From: Flectonema sp. DT1601
Lineage: Eukaryota
Direction of reading: 5' to 3'
Length of the DNA stretch: 64,000 nucleotides
NCBI GenBank assembly: GCA_964019425.1
Contig: OZ025790.1
Location: forward strand, 930,001 to 994,000
The position numbers and the translations under genes are program-made. The notes beneath the pieces were generated by a model that saw only the letters and a list, made by a program, of their open reading frames with translations, was not told the DNA's origin and did no database searches. This document shows, piece after piece, positions 31,730-42,504 of the stretch (within the stretch, counting starts at the first letter, position 1; each line of letters begins with the position of its first letter).

Positions 31730-33427
31730 TCACCTTCCCTTCTTACTACCAGGTTTGGATCTCTTCCTCGCTGCTTTGGGTCGTTTTATATCCGCAGTAT
31801 CCTCAGTTGATTTTTTTGATTTTTTTTTCTGAGGTTTGGCCGATTCGTTGTTTTTTGTGGGATTGTGAGAACTGTAACTGTGCCATAAAGTATACTTCTC
31901 TCTATCAATTAACTCATCAACGTAAACAATGGTTGATTTCAATGGGGTCTTTGTAAGCTTCCAAGACTCATACTCTGAAGGTAACAAGTCATCAATCACA
32001 TCGTCATCAGATTCATCAGCCATATGATGATTTACTAAAGGAATAGGTGTTGTTAGTATTGCGGCTTCTCTCTCAAATAGTTCGGCGACGGTTAGAGATG
32101 AAGTTTTCCCTCCGCGTGAGTTCCGAATAGCATCAGCCCGAGATCGTTTTTCCGCAGCAGATAATTTTTTAATCTCCTCCGCACTATAATATTTCTTCAA
32201 CAGAGTTGTATCACTTCCAGCCACTACCGTGTCTCTTCGTGAGAATATCGCCAGCTCACTCTTGCTCAAGACATACATTGCGAGTTCAAGGAATCGAGAA
32301 TTTCCAGATGACCATGGCGCTGTATTCCAAAATCCTTTTATATCCTCAACAAGTTTTTTTCTGTGATTAAGTGATTGCAATAGCGCCAATGCCTTCATCG
32401 TAACATCATCTCTAAGCTTGAGAGAATCAATGCTGGCAGCGAATACTGCTGCAGCACTTCTGATACAAACTTCTTCGGGTGATGGCAACCAATTAGTCGG
32501 TACCTGGGTTACTGTTTTGTGAACGTATTGCTGCAACAAATGAACAAACGATTCGTCACTTAGAAGTCCCATCGCAACCTGATTTAAATATTTATTTCCT
32601 TGTAAAGCAACTAAGTCGTTTTTTTGAATGTTCACAATTCTCATTTTTGATCCTAATTTTAGCAAATACCATCCAACGTGTTTCTTAACCAAAGCTCTAT
32701 ATTCGTCATCATCGGGACTTGGTATCTGACAACGCTGCTGAGTATGTCCAGAAAGAAGTCCCTTTGACGGCAGCTTTCGTATTGTGAACTTTATACCAGT
32801 TGACGATTTCGTCGACACCAATAAAAAATCTCTCGGATGAGGACGATGAGAATATAACTGACTCGCATACAATGAATTAAATAAAATAATCGGAGAAGTA
32901 GAACCACAATGAACACCCTTTGGAACAGTATCTATTGATCTATGTGGTACTATAGTGCATGCCATTCCTGGTCGGGTTAACACGTGTGGGTGACGTTCGA
33001 TATGTTCGACGAGAACGAATTGCTGTCTTTTTGTTGATAGAGTTGGTGACTTGTGTTGTGTTCGAACAGGTTGAGAATTCGATGGGTGGGTGATGGCAAG
33101 TGGAATATCCATATCAAAATTAATTTTTGTTTTTTCAAAAAATTCATATGCTGAACCATCCATTCGCACAGCCTCACCTCTATGAAAATTACTCACACTT
33201 TGTCTCAGTCTCCTCGCTGCTTCCTTAACTCGTTGTTCATTATTAATGTGAAGAATGCTATACGGTTCAGCTGAGTCTTTTCCGACACTTTTCCATTCAC
33301 TCCCTTGGTATGATTGTTCTTGTCTTCCCAACTCCTCGTCACATGTTGTGTGTTGTAATAATTTATTAAGTGTGTATCCGCTTCCTGAACACATATTTTC
33401 AGCGGCATTAATAATCTGCTTATCCAT
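31730..33427 (-). CDS. Divergent, truncated TFIID subunit TAF1-like protein (DUF3591 core)
   Basis: LVEHIERHPHVLTRPGMACTI, LYSHRPHPRDFLLVST, GHTQQRCQIPSP, SPEEVC and APWSS resemble, in order, the conserved TAF1 DUF3591 motifs as I recall them; not searched. Confidence 0.6.
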   Translation of the reverse strand: MDKQIINAAENMCSGSGYTLNKLLQHTTCDEELGRQEQSYQGSEWKSVGKDSAEPYSILHINNEQRVKEAARRLRQSVSNFHRGEAVRMDGSAYEFFEKTKINFDMDIPLAITHPSNSQPVRTQHKSPTLSTKRQQFVLVEHIERHPHVLTRPGMACTIVPHRSIDTVPKGVHCGSTSPIILFNSLYASQLYSHRPHPRDFLLVSTKSSTGIKFTIRKLPSKGLLSGHTQQRCQIPSPDDDEYRALVKKHVGWYLLKLGSKMRIVNIQKNDLVALQGNKYLNQVAMGLLSDESFVHLLQQYVHKTVTQVPTNWLPSPEEVCIRSAAAVFAASIDSLKLRDDVTMKALALLQSLNHRKKLVEDIKGFWNTAPWSSGNSRFLELAMYVLSKSELAIFSRRDTVVAGSDTTLLKKYYSAEEIKKLSAAEKRSRADAIRNSRGGKTSSLTVAELFEREAAILTTPIPLVNHHMADESDDDVIDDLLPSEYESWKLTKTPLKSTIVYVDELIDREKYTLWHSYSSHNPTKNNESAKPQKKKSKKSTEDTADIKRPKAARKRSKPGSKKGR

Positions 33428-33693
33428 TACAAGAAGTCAGATGACTATCTGAAAAAAATAATAAAAAATACAACAAAAAATGAGATAGCAGTTAAGTGTG
33501 AAGCAAATCAAAAATATTGCTTACCTGTCCATTGTTGTTTCAGTTTCTGAAAAAAATGAAAATGAAAATGAATTTTTTTTTTTTAAAGGGTTTTTTTCCA
33601 CCTTCCTTGATCATTCTACGAATAAATACAATAACGAGAGTGAGCAACTACACCTTGGAACCGCTTCGGTCTTCATAACATTTGTCTCAAGGA

Positions 33694-34899
33694 TTAAGTA
33701 CCACCAGTTAGGAAATTTGCTAATTTATTTTGCTTGCGGCTTCTCTTATTAATCATCTTGTTGATCGATTTCTTGAATCGACCTCCTTTTGGAAGTTTTT
33801 TAGTGTACGGAGATGTTGAGAAGTCAGTTTCTACGATGTTTGGGTTTTGGTAATTCTTCCTGGCGGGTTCTTCTTCTCTGAGGAATCTCGAATGGGAAAT
33901 CAGAGTTTCGACTCCTGGAATTTCAGACTTCCTTTGCGTTTGCGTTTTATATTTTCTGTCTAATTCATTTTGAATTAATCTGTATTCATTCTTAGCAACA
34001 CGCTTAGCATCAGCTGTGGTAACCTTTGGTGTTCCACCAATATCAGAGAGACCCATCGCTCTTCGATCTCTGCCGCGTTTCTCTGCCGGTGAGATCCTAA
34101 CAGGAATATCCTTCAAAAGTGTTTCAATTTCCTCTCTGGTCGGTGTCGGTACGTTGTATTTAAGTGATTGTAAAATATCAATATTTAGATCTTCATCAAG
34201 GAGCCAACTTGTTGCTGAGTGAACCATGTCTTCTCTGAGCATGTCCACTAGTTCAGGATCATTTTTACTAAAAGGGATAACATCTGCATACGGTTCTTGT
34301 TCCATAATTTGTAAACACGAAGCAGTTCCAGTACTTCCGCCAACTAAATCAATCTTTGATACGATAATTGTTAACGGAACTCGATGCATTTTGCAGTTTG
34401 CGATTATGGAAAGATCAGCGGCTGACAATGAACCAGTCGGTAGTACAGGAACTAACAGATATACTTTATGAAGTAAACTAGATGATCGAGCTTGAATATA
34501 TTGTTGAATCAGTTTTTGTTGAAGAATCGCATGCGGAACTCGTCTTTCACGAAGAACGTATCCATAACCAGGAGCATCGAGTACGGATACTGAATTGTTT
34601 TGAACGTATCGTTTCAGTAAGACAGTCAGACCTGGGTTAGGTCCTGTTTGAATACCAGTCACTCTTAAAGTTCTTTTTAGCAACGAAGACTTACCTGCGT
34701 TCGATTCTCCCAGGAGGAGTATTTCTGGTTTTCCAATTTCGTACTTAGGTGTTAGCATGTCAACAATATTATCAGAACCTATGCTTCGTATTGCTGGTTT
34801 AGAAAAAATTTGCATCGTTAGCTCGGTGAGTAGTCTTCTTCTTGAGTCGGAGAGACCAGCCAGAGAGCGGTAGCATCCAGCTTGGATGAATGTATTCAT
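33694..34899 (-). CDS. EngB/YihA-family GTPase, probably organellar
   Basis: PEILLLGESNAGKSSL (G1), PGLT (G2), DAPGYG (G3), SKID (G4). Confidence 0.85.
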   Translation of the reverse strand: MNTFIQAGCYRSLAGLSDSRRRLLTELTMQIFSKPAIRSIGSDNIVDMLTPKYEIGKPEILLLGESNAGKSSLLKRTLRVTGIQTGPNPGLTVLLKRYVQNNSVSVLDAPGYGYVLRERRVPHAILQQKLIQQYIQARSSSLLHKVYLLVPVLPTGSLSAADLSIIANCKMHRVPLTIIVSKIDLVGGSTGTASCLQIMEQEPYADVIPFSKNDPELVDMLREDMVHSATSWLLDEDLNIDILQSLKYNVPTPTREEIETLLKDIPVRISPAEKRGRDRRAMGLSDIGGTPKVTTADAKRVAKNEYRLIQNELDRKYKTQTQRKSEIPGVETLISHSRFLREEEPARKNYQNPNIVETDFSTSPYTKKLPKGGRFKKSINKMINKRSRKQNKLANFLTGGT

Positions 34900-35154
34900 T
34901 TTTTTATTATTATTATTATTATTTTTTTTTTTTCAACTGAAAAAATAACAATAGAAAACAACACTCATACACAAAAAAAAAAAAAAAAAAAAAAAAAAGT
35001 ATATTGGGCGTAGCTTGGCTGTAGACATGAATTCGGCTGCATTATTTAACGGCAGCTTTTTAATATTATTTTACACAAATAATAGCAGAGTTTTTTTATC
35101 AAAAATTTTGACAAATATGTATTATTACAATGGCGAATGGAAAAAACAAAAAAA

Positions 35155-35265
35155 GATTCGTTGAACGCAGACAAAATCCTGTCGTACGGGGAAAATAAAT
35201 CATGACCATAAGAAATATCGGTTTTCAATCTGAATATAAAAATTCTTCTCCGACTTCGTAGGTAC
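35155..35265 (+). mobile_element. Short interspersed element, family A (5'-truncated copy)
   Basis: Interior matches 56176-56302 and 42181-42302; ends TTCTTCTCCGACTTCGTAGGTAC-(A)n. Confidence 0.75.
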
Positions 35266-35284
35266 AAAAAAAAAATCATCTATC

Positions 35285-35487
35285 TAATCATTCCAACTCA
35301 GAGTGCTGGGTGGGTTTAACCGTTCCAGTTTGTACGTAAAATACAAATGTATTGTATCATAAACAACATAACGATAATTTTAACAATTAGTTCTGAGATA
35401 CAGTTGACTAAATGAAATGTTAGTGTAGGTATACACTCTGTAATTGACGACCCATTTTAATCATTCCAACTCAGAGTGCTGGGTGGG
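35285..35487. repeat. Family E element with perfect 30-nt terminal direct repeats
   Basis: TAATCATTCCAACTCAGAGTGCTGGGTGGG at 35285-35314 and 35458-35487. Confidence 0.85.
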
Positions 35488-35543
35488 GGTAGTAAACTCA
35501 AGAGGTGAAATCCCCTGGCTAATACTGAGAAAAGGTTTTAAAA

Positions 35544-35689
35544 CCATTCAGATTTTAAAAAGAAAAAAAAGAAAAAAAAAAAAGCTTTATATTTTGTTGA
35601 TCACTGAACGTGTGTTACTGAACGATAACATGTTTGACCATAAATTGAACGGCTCTTAACCTGAATAGTTTCTTCTACTTTGTCAGTGG
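35544..35689 (+). mobile_element. Short interspersed element, family A (diverged copy)
   Basis: CCATTCAGAT...CCTGAATAGTTTCTTCT...(A)n. Confidence 0.7.
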
Positions 35690-36021
35690 AAAAAAAAAAA
35701 AAAAAAAAAAAAAAATTCAAACTACAAAATCAAGCAAACACCACTATAAGGAATGGGCGAGGGAGGGAAGGGGAAACCAAAAACAAACAAACAAGAACTA
35801 ATACTGAGAGCTAATATAAAAAGGAAGCCAGCAAATGAATTGCACGTAAACAACTTCTACTTTTGAATAACAGTATTGGTATTACAAAGGGGTTGAATCA
35901 ATCTCGTCTCCCAAGACCGAATAGCCGCTGTCACCGTATACATTATGAGTTGGGCACCTGATCCATAATCAGATATAGAAAGAAAAAAAAAGTCTTTTTC
36001 TTTTTCTTTTCGGAAGGCAAA

Positions 36022-37125
36022 CTAGTCGGTGAATTCTTCCATGTCTTCTTCATCTTCCATGTCACCGTCTACGGCATTGAGATGCATGTGCATTTCTGGT
36101 TTTGAATTTTTTTTTTTTTTTTTTTTCAAATTGAATTTTTAAAAAGATGGAGGGAAAAAAAAAAAAAAAAAAAAACAGTAACACTTACCATCTAATTTCC
36201 TTTCAAAGAACTTCAACATGACGATTTCATTTTCTATTCCCTCCATGTCATTTATCCCGTCAATGATGTTCAGTGCAACAAAAATAGCCCAAAACTGTGT
36301 TTTTATGTTGTGTTTTTTTTTGTTTTTTATTATTTTTTTTTTAAAATGACAAAAACAACATACGCAATTACCAATCATAAGAAGGCAAAATCCACTTGAA
36401 ATACCAATTTCTGTCCAACGCTCGTCGCATCCGCTTGAGGAACTTGCGTAGGTGTACGTAGAAGGGTTACATTCTTTGTCGTTGACGATCGATCCGTCTA
36501 TCGTCATGTAGAGGTAGGTAGTTGCTAGTGACAACACCCACAGTTCTCCAGTTAAAAACCGACGAATGTGAAATTCTGATTTCGTCAACGATCCAAGTAT
36601 TCCAAAATAAGATGACCAGATGCCAATGACAAAAATAAACCCCGATGATAGAGTAAAAACGTATTTTGATTCCTCAATTTGAATTAATCCCATAATACCA
36701 ATTGCGAAGCATAACAAGACCTGAATGATTCCGAGGAAGAAACCTCGAAGGCCGTGTCTTGATGTACTCGCTTCTTCTATCTGTAATCTTTTAATTATCC
36801 ATTTCCACGTTAAAAACTGATACATGTCATCAGACTCGAGGAACATCGGATATTCGTTTGTGTTTAGGTTACGAGTTTTTTCTAATTTGTAAGGACCTGG
36901 TTCTTCTTCCATTTTATTTAGACAGGAAACATATTGTGCTGTCACAGCGTCTTCTTCTTCATTGTGTCCAAGTGATAACGTTCGCTTCCACTTTGCAATT
37001 TTCAACTCAAACCATGAGTACTCCGTATAAACAAAAGCTCTGCTAGATAATAGTGTAGCAAAACTAGGTAGCACTCCCCACAACTTACCCCTCGGGATCC
37101 TATCGCTGTCTGGTGTTGTTTCCAT
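36022..37125 (-). CDS. Four-TM (tetraspanin-like topology) membrane protein; introns ~36295-36363, ~36096-36188
   Basis: Hydrophobic helices and a Cys-containing loop (NDKECNP...GCD). GT-AG splicing gives an acidic C-terminus ending EEFTD*. Confidence 0.7.
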
Positions 37126-39043
37126 GATGCTTGCTGAGAGGAAGCTTTCCCTTCTTTAAACCCTTTTTTTTTTTTCCTGTCTAAAATAATAATGCTACGA
37201 TAAAAAACTATTTACTTCTTTCACATCAGGTTGCTACTCCGTTTTTTTTTTTTTTTTTTTTGGAGTGGTCTACAGATTCGCTGAGATAAAAAAAATCGGG
37301 TAATATATTCTTTTTTTATTTCTTTGAGAGGGGGCTTGATCACAATTCATTCTTTCCCAAAAAAACATGAAAAAAAATGCAAAAAAAAAAACAACGATTA
37401 TTATAGTGGTACAAAAATAACCTGCACCAGGTAACGGCAGATAGTCGTTTGTTAATTTTTTTTTTTTTTTTTTTTTTTTAAAATCTCATAAAAAATCAAA
37501 AAAAAAAAAAAAAAAAAAAGGTAGTATGTATTATACAAAATTCAATATCCCTATAACGAAAAAAGAGTAGTGTACATCGTAGTCAACAATAAGACATTTT
37601 TATGGGACCAGACTCGTAGGAAGATAGTTTTATTTTATAGAAAGAAAAAATTATAATAAGCCTTTTTTTTTTTTTTTTTTTGCAGAACACAAATAAAACT
37701 AAACAGATTTGTGTTGTTTTTATGCAAAAGAACGAAAAAATAAAAGACCTTTTCCCTGACATGTTTTTGTTTTTTTCTACATGAATAAAGAAGAAAAGAA
37801 AAGAGAAATAAATAAATTTAAAAAAAAAATGCTTATACTCATGAAGCAACATATCGTAACATATCTAAACTAATCGAGGGGGGAATGAGGGGAAGTATTC
37901 TCTCGACAACTACGTGTGTCGCGAATCCCTCTTCAGGAATCGGCGTACTGTTATCTAGTTTCCAGTCACAGTGAAGAAGATCTCACTGAATAAAAAATAA
38001 AAAAAATCCATTTCCCTAACCAGTGCCACGCTATAACTCGTACAGATACACAAGGCAGAAGCAAGACACAGAAAAAAGAAAAAAGTTTAGCGCCACACGC
38101 TCTGCGGCCTTGACGGAGGGCTGGACTAATATCATTCAAAGGCGGACGAAAAGGAATCACTGAAAGAAAGTTTTGATTTCATTTGAATCTAAAACTAAAT
38201 TAAGGTTCGGCCAAACCAGAGAAACTGATGAAGGTATTACCAAGCTCAAAAGGAAAACAACAACCTCTCGAACAACCTTTGACTACATAAATAAATAATA
38301 CCACTGGAGGCCACGTGAACATAGTTGAACGTCACCTGCCATGTTACCATTTAAGGGAGGGGGAATAAACTGCTTTGATTTTCGTAAAATACAAAACCAT
38401 AAACTAATGTGATGCTCTATAATAGTCTCTAGCAGTAATCACCAGTTCTGAAATAAAACGTAACATACGTTGCATCATAAACAACGAGACAGTGTAGGTA
38501 AACACTCCTCATTATAAACAAGATCGCATCACTTTTTTTCCGTGTTATCATTGAGGGGCAACGCAAGGTACCGAACAAGAGTGCTGGGCGGGGTGCAACA
38601 AAAAAAAAAAAAAAAAAAAAAACCGAACAACAAAATAAAATAAAATTGAAAAGTAATACAGAACCAGCAAAGATGCACAATCTTAATACGAGTAGGGAAA
38701 AAAAGAAAATATACCTTCCTGATTGAAGGTTAATTTAAAAATTGAAGCAAGCAAATTTCCTGCCATTACGGATACAATACTCAAGAATATCTACAGTCCT
38801 ACGATACGTGAACCATCAGCTACCGCAGCGTATCCCTGAGTGGCCAGAGTATCTGTTTTTATTTATTTATTTATTTTTTGTTTTTTTGCAACGACAACAT
38901 CAGTTAGTCCGATCCGAATCTGAAAAATATCATTCTAGGAAAAGGTGTCCAAAAAGTTCCCTGACGTTCTTCAGGGGCTCCGCACCGAGACGAAGCTTAG
39001 CCAGCTATGCTGAGAACAGTCACGGTAGTGGTCTGAAGACTAC

Positions 39044-40404
39044 TCAAAGTGCATTCGATGCTTTAGTGTATAGCGTTATCACCGTCGATTTGACTGGTCA
39101 AAAAAATATGTATAAAAAAAAAAATTAAACAAAACAAACCGTCTGGAGCTATCCTTCTATTACAAACATAAGCAGGAGAGATGTTGCAGTGCGTTCCGAA
39201 TTGAGAATTCTCTCCGAATTTTGCCTCACCAAATAACTTCGCGTTTCGTACTGAAAGTTTCTCAGCCCTGTAATTAAAGTATCTAAACACCAGAAGAGTA
39301 TCCGCAAGTTTAGTGTTGTCGTTAATGCTATCGAGTACTAAATTACAAACAAAACTAGTTATGAATGAAGTAAACACTGCTGCAGCAACCACAAACAGCA
39401 ATGCGATAATTTGATCGCGGTCTTTTCCACAACCTCCGTATGAAGTGCTAGCGTTATTCTGAATAGCAGGGCTGCACTCTTCATCATTTTCCCTCAAGTA
39501 TGACACCTCACTATATAATAAGGTGGTCAGTACTGACATCGTCCAGTATGAGCAGGCTAGGGTAATTCTGATCCAAACCTAGTTTTTTTTTTTTTTTTTA
39601 AAATTTATCCAAGCTACTGAAAACTTTATACTGCAAAGAAAGTTAACAAACCTCGTGAGCCTGCAAGGCGCCTAAGATTCCCATAATAGCACCTCCAATC
39701 ATGACTACGCCGGATGCTATTCCTGCTACACCAGCTGCTCGGCTAATTTGACTTCGGTTTAGTTCCGGAACAGTTAACGCGAAGATAACAACACTGATAC
39801 AAAAACTGATAACGCAAAGTAATATGAGAATCACGCAAGTTGTCGCAGTACAACGTTGTTCACAACGCAATCGATTCCATAAGAATGAACGTGTTCTAAT
39901 CTCGAAGGTATCACCCATAAATGATGGTTTATCACCAGGACCCATTCTAAGACTTCCTTCAGAACCTTGGTAAGCAACTTCTTCTCCGAAAGCTACTTCC
40001 TCATGATTGGCTGCGTCAGTAAGTTCTAATTCTTGTTCTTCTGTGAGGAATCGAGGTATGATTTCCGCTGTGTGAGTTAGGTCACCAGCGTCGTCTTCTT
40101 GAACATCAAAAACGTGATTGGTACCGGATAGAATCCTTGTAGCATCTGCTAAATAGTGTCTTGAGATTAACTCCTCACGTTCTTCAAATCTTTGAATGAG
40201 ATCTCCCCATTTTTCTCCAATCAACTTCATAATATTTCTCCGAAACATACTAACGACGTCGTGATCATATCTAGGCCAGTAGATCCACTCTTCTCTCCAA
40301 ATCTCTTTCGGTGATTGTTCCTCATCTTCAGCAACACCAAACTTTGTTAACGGTACTCTCTCATCCTCTTCTTCCCCCAAAAAACGGGGCTTGGGACCCG
40401 GCAT
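39044..40404 (-). CDS. Four-TM membrane protein, paralog of 36022-37125; introns ~39579-39651, ~39094-39139
   Basis: ORFs 39643-40404 and 39063-39539 join via a GTTTGT...CTAG intron. Shares GILG, W..S..TT.LY, ND.EC.P, GC and D.IND with the neighbour. Confidence 0.7.
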
Positions 40405-40676
40405 TAGTAGTACCTTCTGTTGATATTGTTTTTAAAAAAAAAAAAATCATGAATTAAATAAAGTACGTCATTTGTCATAACTTTAGAATCAAAAAAAAAA
40501 AAAAAAAAAATCGAAATAATGTAAAGAAAAGAAAAAAAGAAGAAGGGGGAAAAAAAAAAAAAAAAGAAATGTGGTATGTAGGTGTTGTGTTCAATAACTG
40601 ACACAGAATCGCATGGGTGTAAGTAATGTGTGGAAAATCTGAAAAACGAAAACGCGGCGAATTTAAAAAAAAAAAA

Positions 40677-40778
40677 CCATTCAGATAAGCTTTGTATTTT
40701 GTTGATCGCAGGGATAACAAGACATAATAAATACAAAGCTCTTAATCTGAATAGTTTCTTCTACAACTACGTCGGTAC
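40677..40778 (+). mobile_element. Short interspersed element, family A
   Basis: (A)n CCATTCAGAT...ATCTGAATAGTTTCTTCTACAACTACGTCGGTAC (A)n. Confidence 0.8.
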
Positions 40779-41002
40779 AAAAAAAAAATTTTTTTTTTAA
40801 AAAAAAAAAAGACACAGCCTAATAAGGTATACCTGTACTACAACAAAACAATTAAATGTTTTCTTTTTTTTTTTTTTTTTTTTTTTCGTTATTATCAGGC
40901 TCATGCAAACAACAAAAAAGAATTGGCTTTATCTTCAACTATACAGAAAATAATGATATAACACCGTGATTTTTTGTTTGTGCACGAAACCGGGAGGATA
41001 GG

Positions 41003-41117
41003 ACTCGGCCAAACCTGGTTGCAATATAAGGAAATCAACAGTTGGTATCGATAAAAAATTCCATATGTGCTGTCGAATATGGGGATTCGGGGGCCACGTA
41101 CTACAGGTTGAGCGCCC
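41003..41117 (+). repeat. Dispersed repeat family D
   Basis: AAATCAACAGTTGGTATCGATAAAAA.TTCCATATGTGCTGTCGAATATGGGGATTCGGGGGCCACGTACTACAGGTTGAGCGCC, almost identical to 62021-62133. Confidence 0.9.
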
Positions 41118-41753
41118 CATGCCCTGTAGCCCGTTACAGCTTAAAATGGGGGGGATATTTGGTACGATAAGAAAAGATTTATCTGGGAAGAATACCGCAG
41201 GTCTTTGCACAAAAAATAAAGTACTGTCACCATGAAACAGGAGGCGTTGAACATTTGCCTGGTCTCTTTGGTGGAGGCCACGTGAACGTAGTTGAGCACC
41301 TCTTGCCTACGCTACCGTAACAGTGAAAAACAGCTGTAAATTAAAATAAATGTGAAAAAAATAAAATAAAAACGAAGGTTAACAGTGGACGAACCCGACG
41401 TAAGGATTTCCTAGACTACTCGCGTCTTCAGCGGTCCGAGAAGTCTGGGAAGGACAAGCTCACCCATCTACCCGTTACAGCTTAAAATGGGGGGTAAATT
41501 TTTCAATGAGGTCCATCGGGACTCTCAAACTGCCGTTATCAAAAGATCGACAGCCCCTCATCTAGTCTCATAACACGGCGAGGCCCAATTATTGAAACCT
41601 TTACGACACCTATGAATATGATGAGGGTCAAAAAAAGAAGAAAAAAAAAAGAGTTTTATCGAGCCGAATACACGATTCGTTCTTTCACGGAAGAAGAAGA
41701 TAATTTGCAATAGAACGGCCACGTTAGTTAATTGAAGAAAACAAAAAAGAAAA

Positions 41754-41870
41754 CCATTCAGATAAAAAAGTCTTATATCACCGGCGTACAAGGAAAATAG
41801 ATAGTCATTTTGACCATAATATTTAACTGACTCTTAATCCGAATGGTTTCTTCTCTTACTTCGTCGGTGT
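41754..41870 (+). mobile_element. Short interspersed element, family A
   Basis: CCATTCAGAT...ATCCGAATGGTTTCTTCT...CGTCGGTGT (A)n. Confidence 0.75.
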
Positions 41871-41899
41871 AAAAAAAGGGAGAAGGGAGGGGGGGAAAA

Positions 41900-42030
41900 A
41901 TAATTTAGCTTTAACTTAAACTATACAGAACATAGTAATACAGCACCTGTTGATGTTGATGTTTGTGTTACGAAACTGTAAACCGACTTAAGCTAATAAA
42001 GCTAAAGGAGGTTTACGTGTGCTGCCAAAC
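41900..42030 (+). repeat. Dispersed repeat family C
   Basis: GCTTTAACTTAAACTATACAGAACATAGTAATA...TAAAGCTAAAGGAGGTTT matches 29295-29430. Confidence 0.75.
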
Positions 42031-42180
42031 ATTCTTTTTCATTCCTTATAACACACAAGTCAAATGAAAAAAAAAAAAAAAACGGGCATGTTATTGTGTA
42101 AGTATCACCGAGGACCTTTCCGAGGTAACTAATAGTATGCGCCCGATTAAATAAAAAAAACTAAAAAATATTAAAAAAAA

Positions 42181-42302
42181 CCATTCAGATTTAGCCTTAT
42201 ATCTCGTTGGACGCAGAAACCTGTCGCACGGGGGAAAAATAAATCATAACCCCTAAGAAACGGCTCTCTATCTGAATAGTTTCTTCTCCGACTACGTCGG
42301 GG
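42181..42302 (+). mobile_element. Short interspersed element, family A
   Basis: (A)n CCATTCAGAT...ATCTGAATAGTTTCTTCT CCGAC TAC GTCGG. Confidence 0.8.
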
Positions 42303-42504
42303 GAAAAAAAATGAGATCGCAAAAAAAAAAAAGGAAAAGAAAAGAAAAAGAAAATTGGCTTTGGTTTGTGCATGTAATTAAAAAAAGATTTTACGCACAC
42401 GCGCCGCCCTAAAAATACACAAAAAGAGAGGTGTTTTCCAAAAAAAAAAAAAAAATACAAGAACCTACAAAACGTAAATGAACTTACAAACTGGTAAGTT
42501 TGTC

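Noticed and set aside
38215..38270. Hammerhead ribozyme (CTGATGA)
   Set aside because: No stem II followed by GAAA and no compatible stems I/III.
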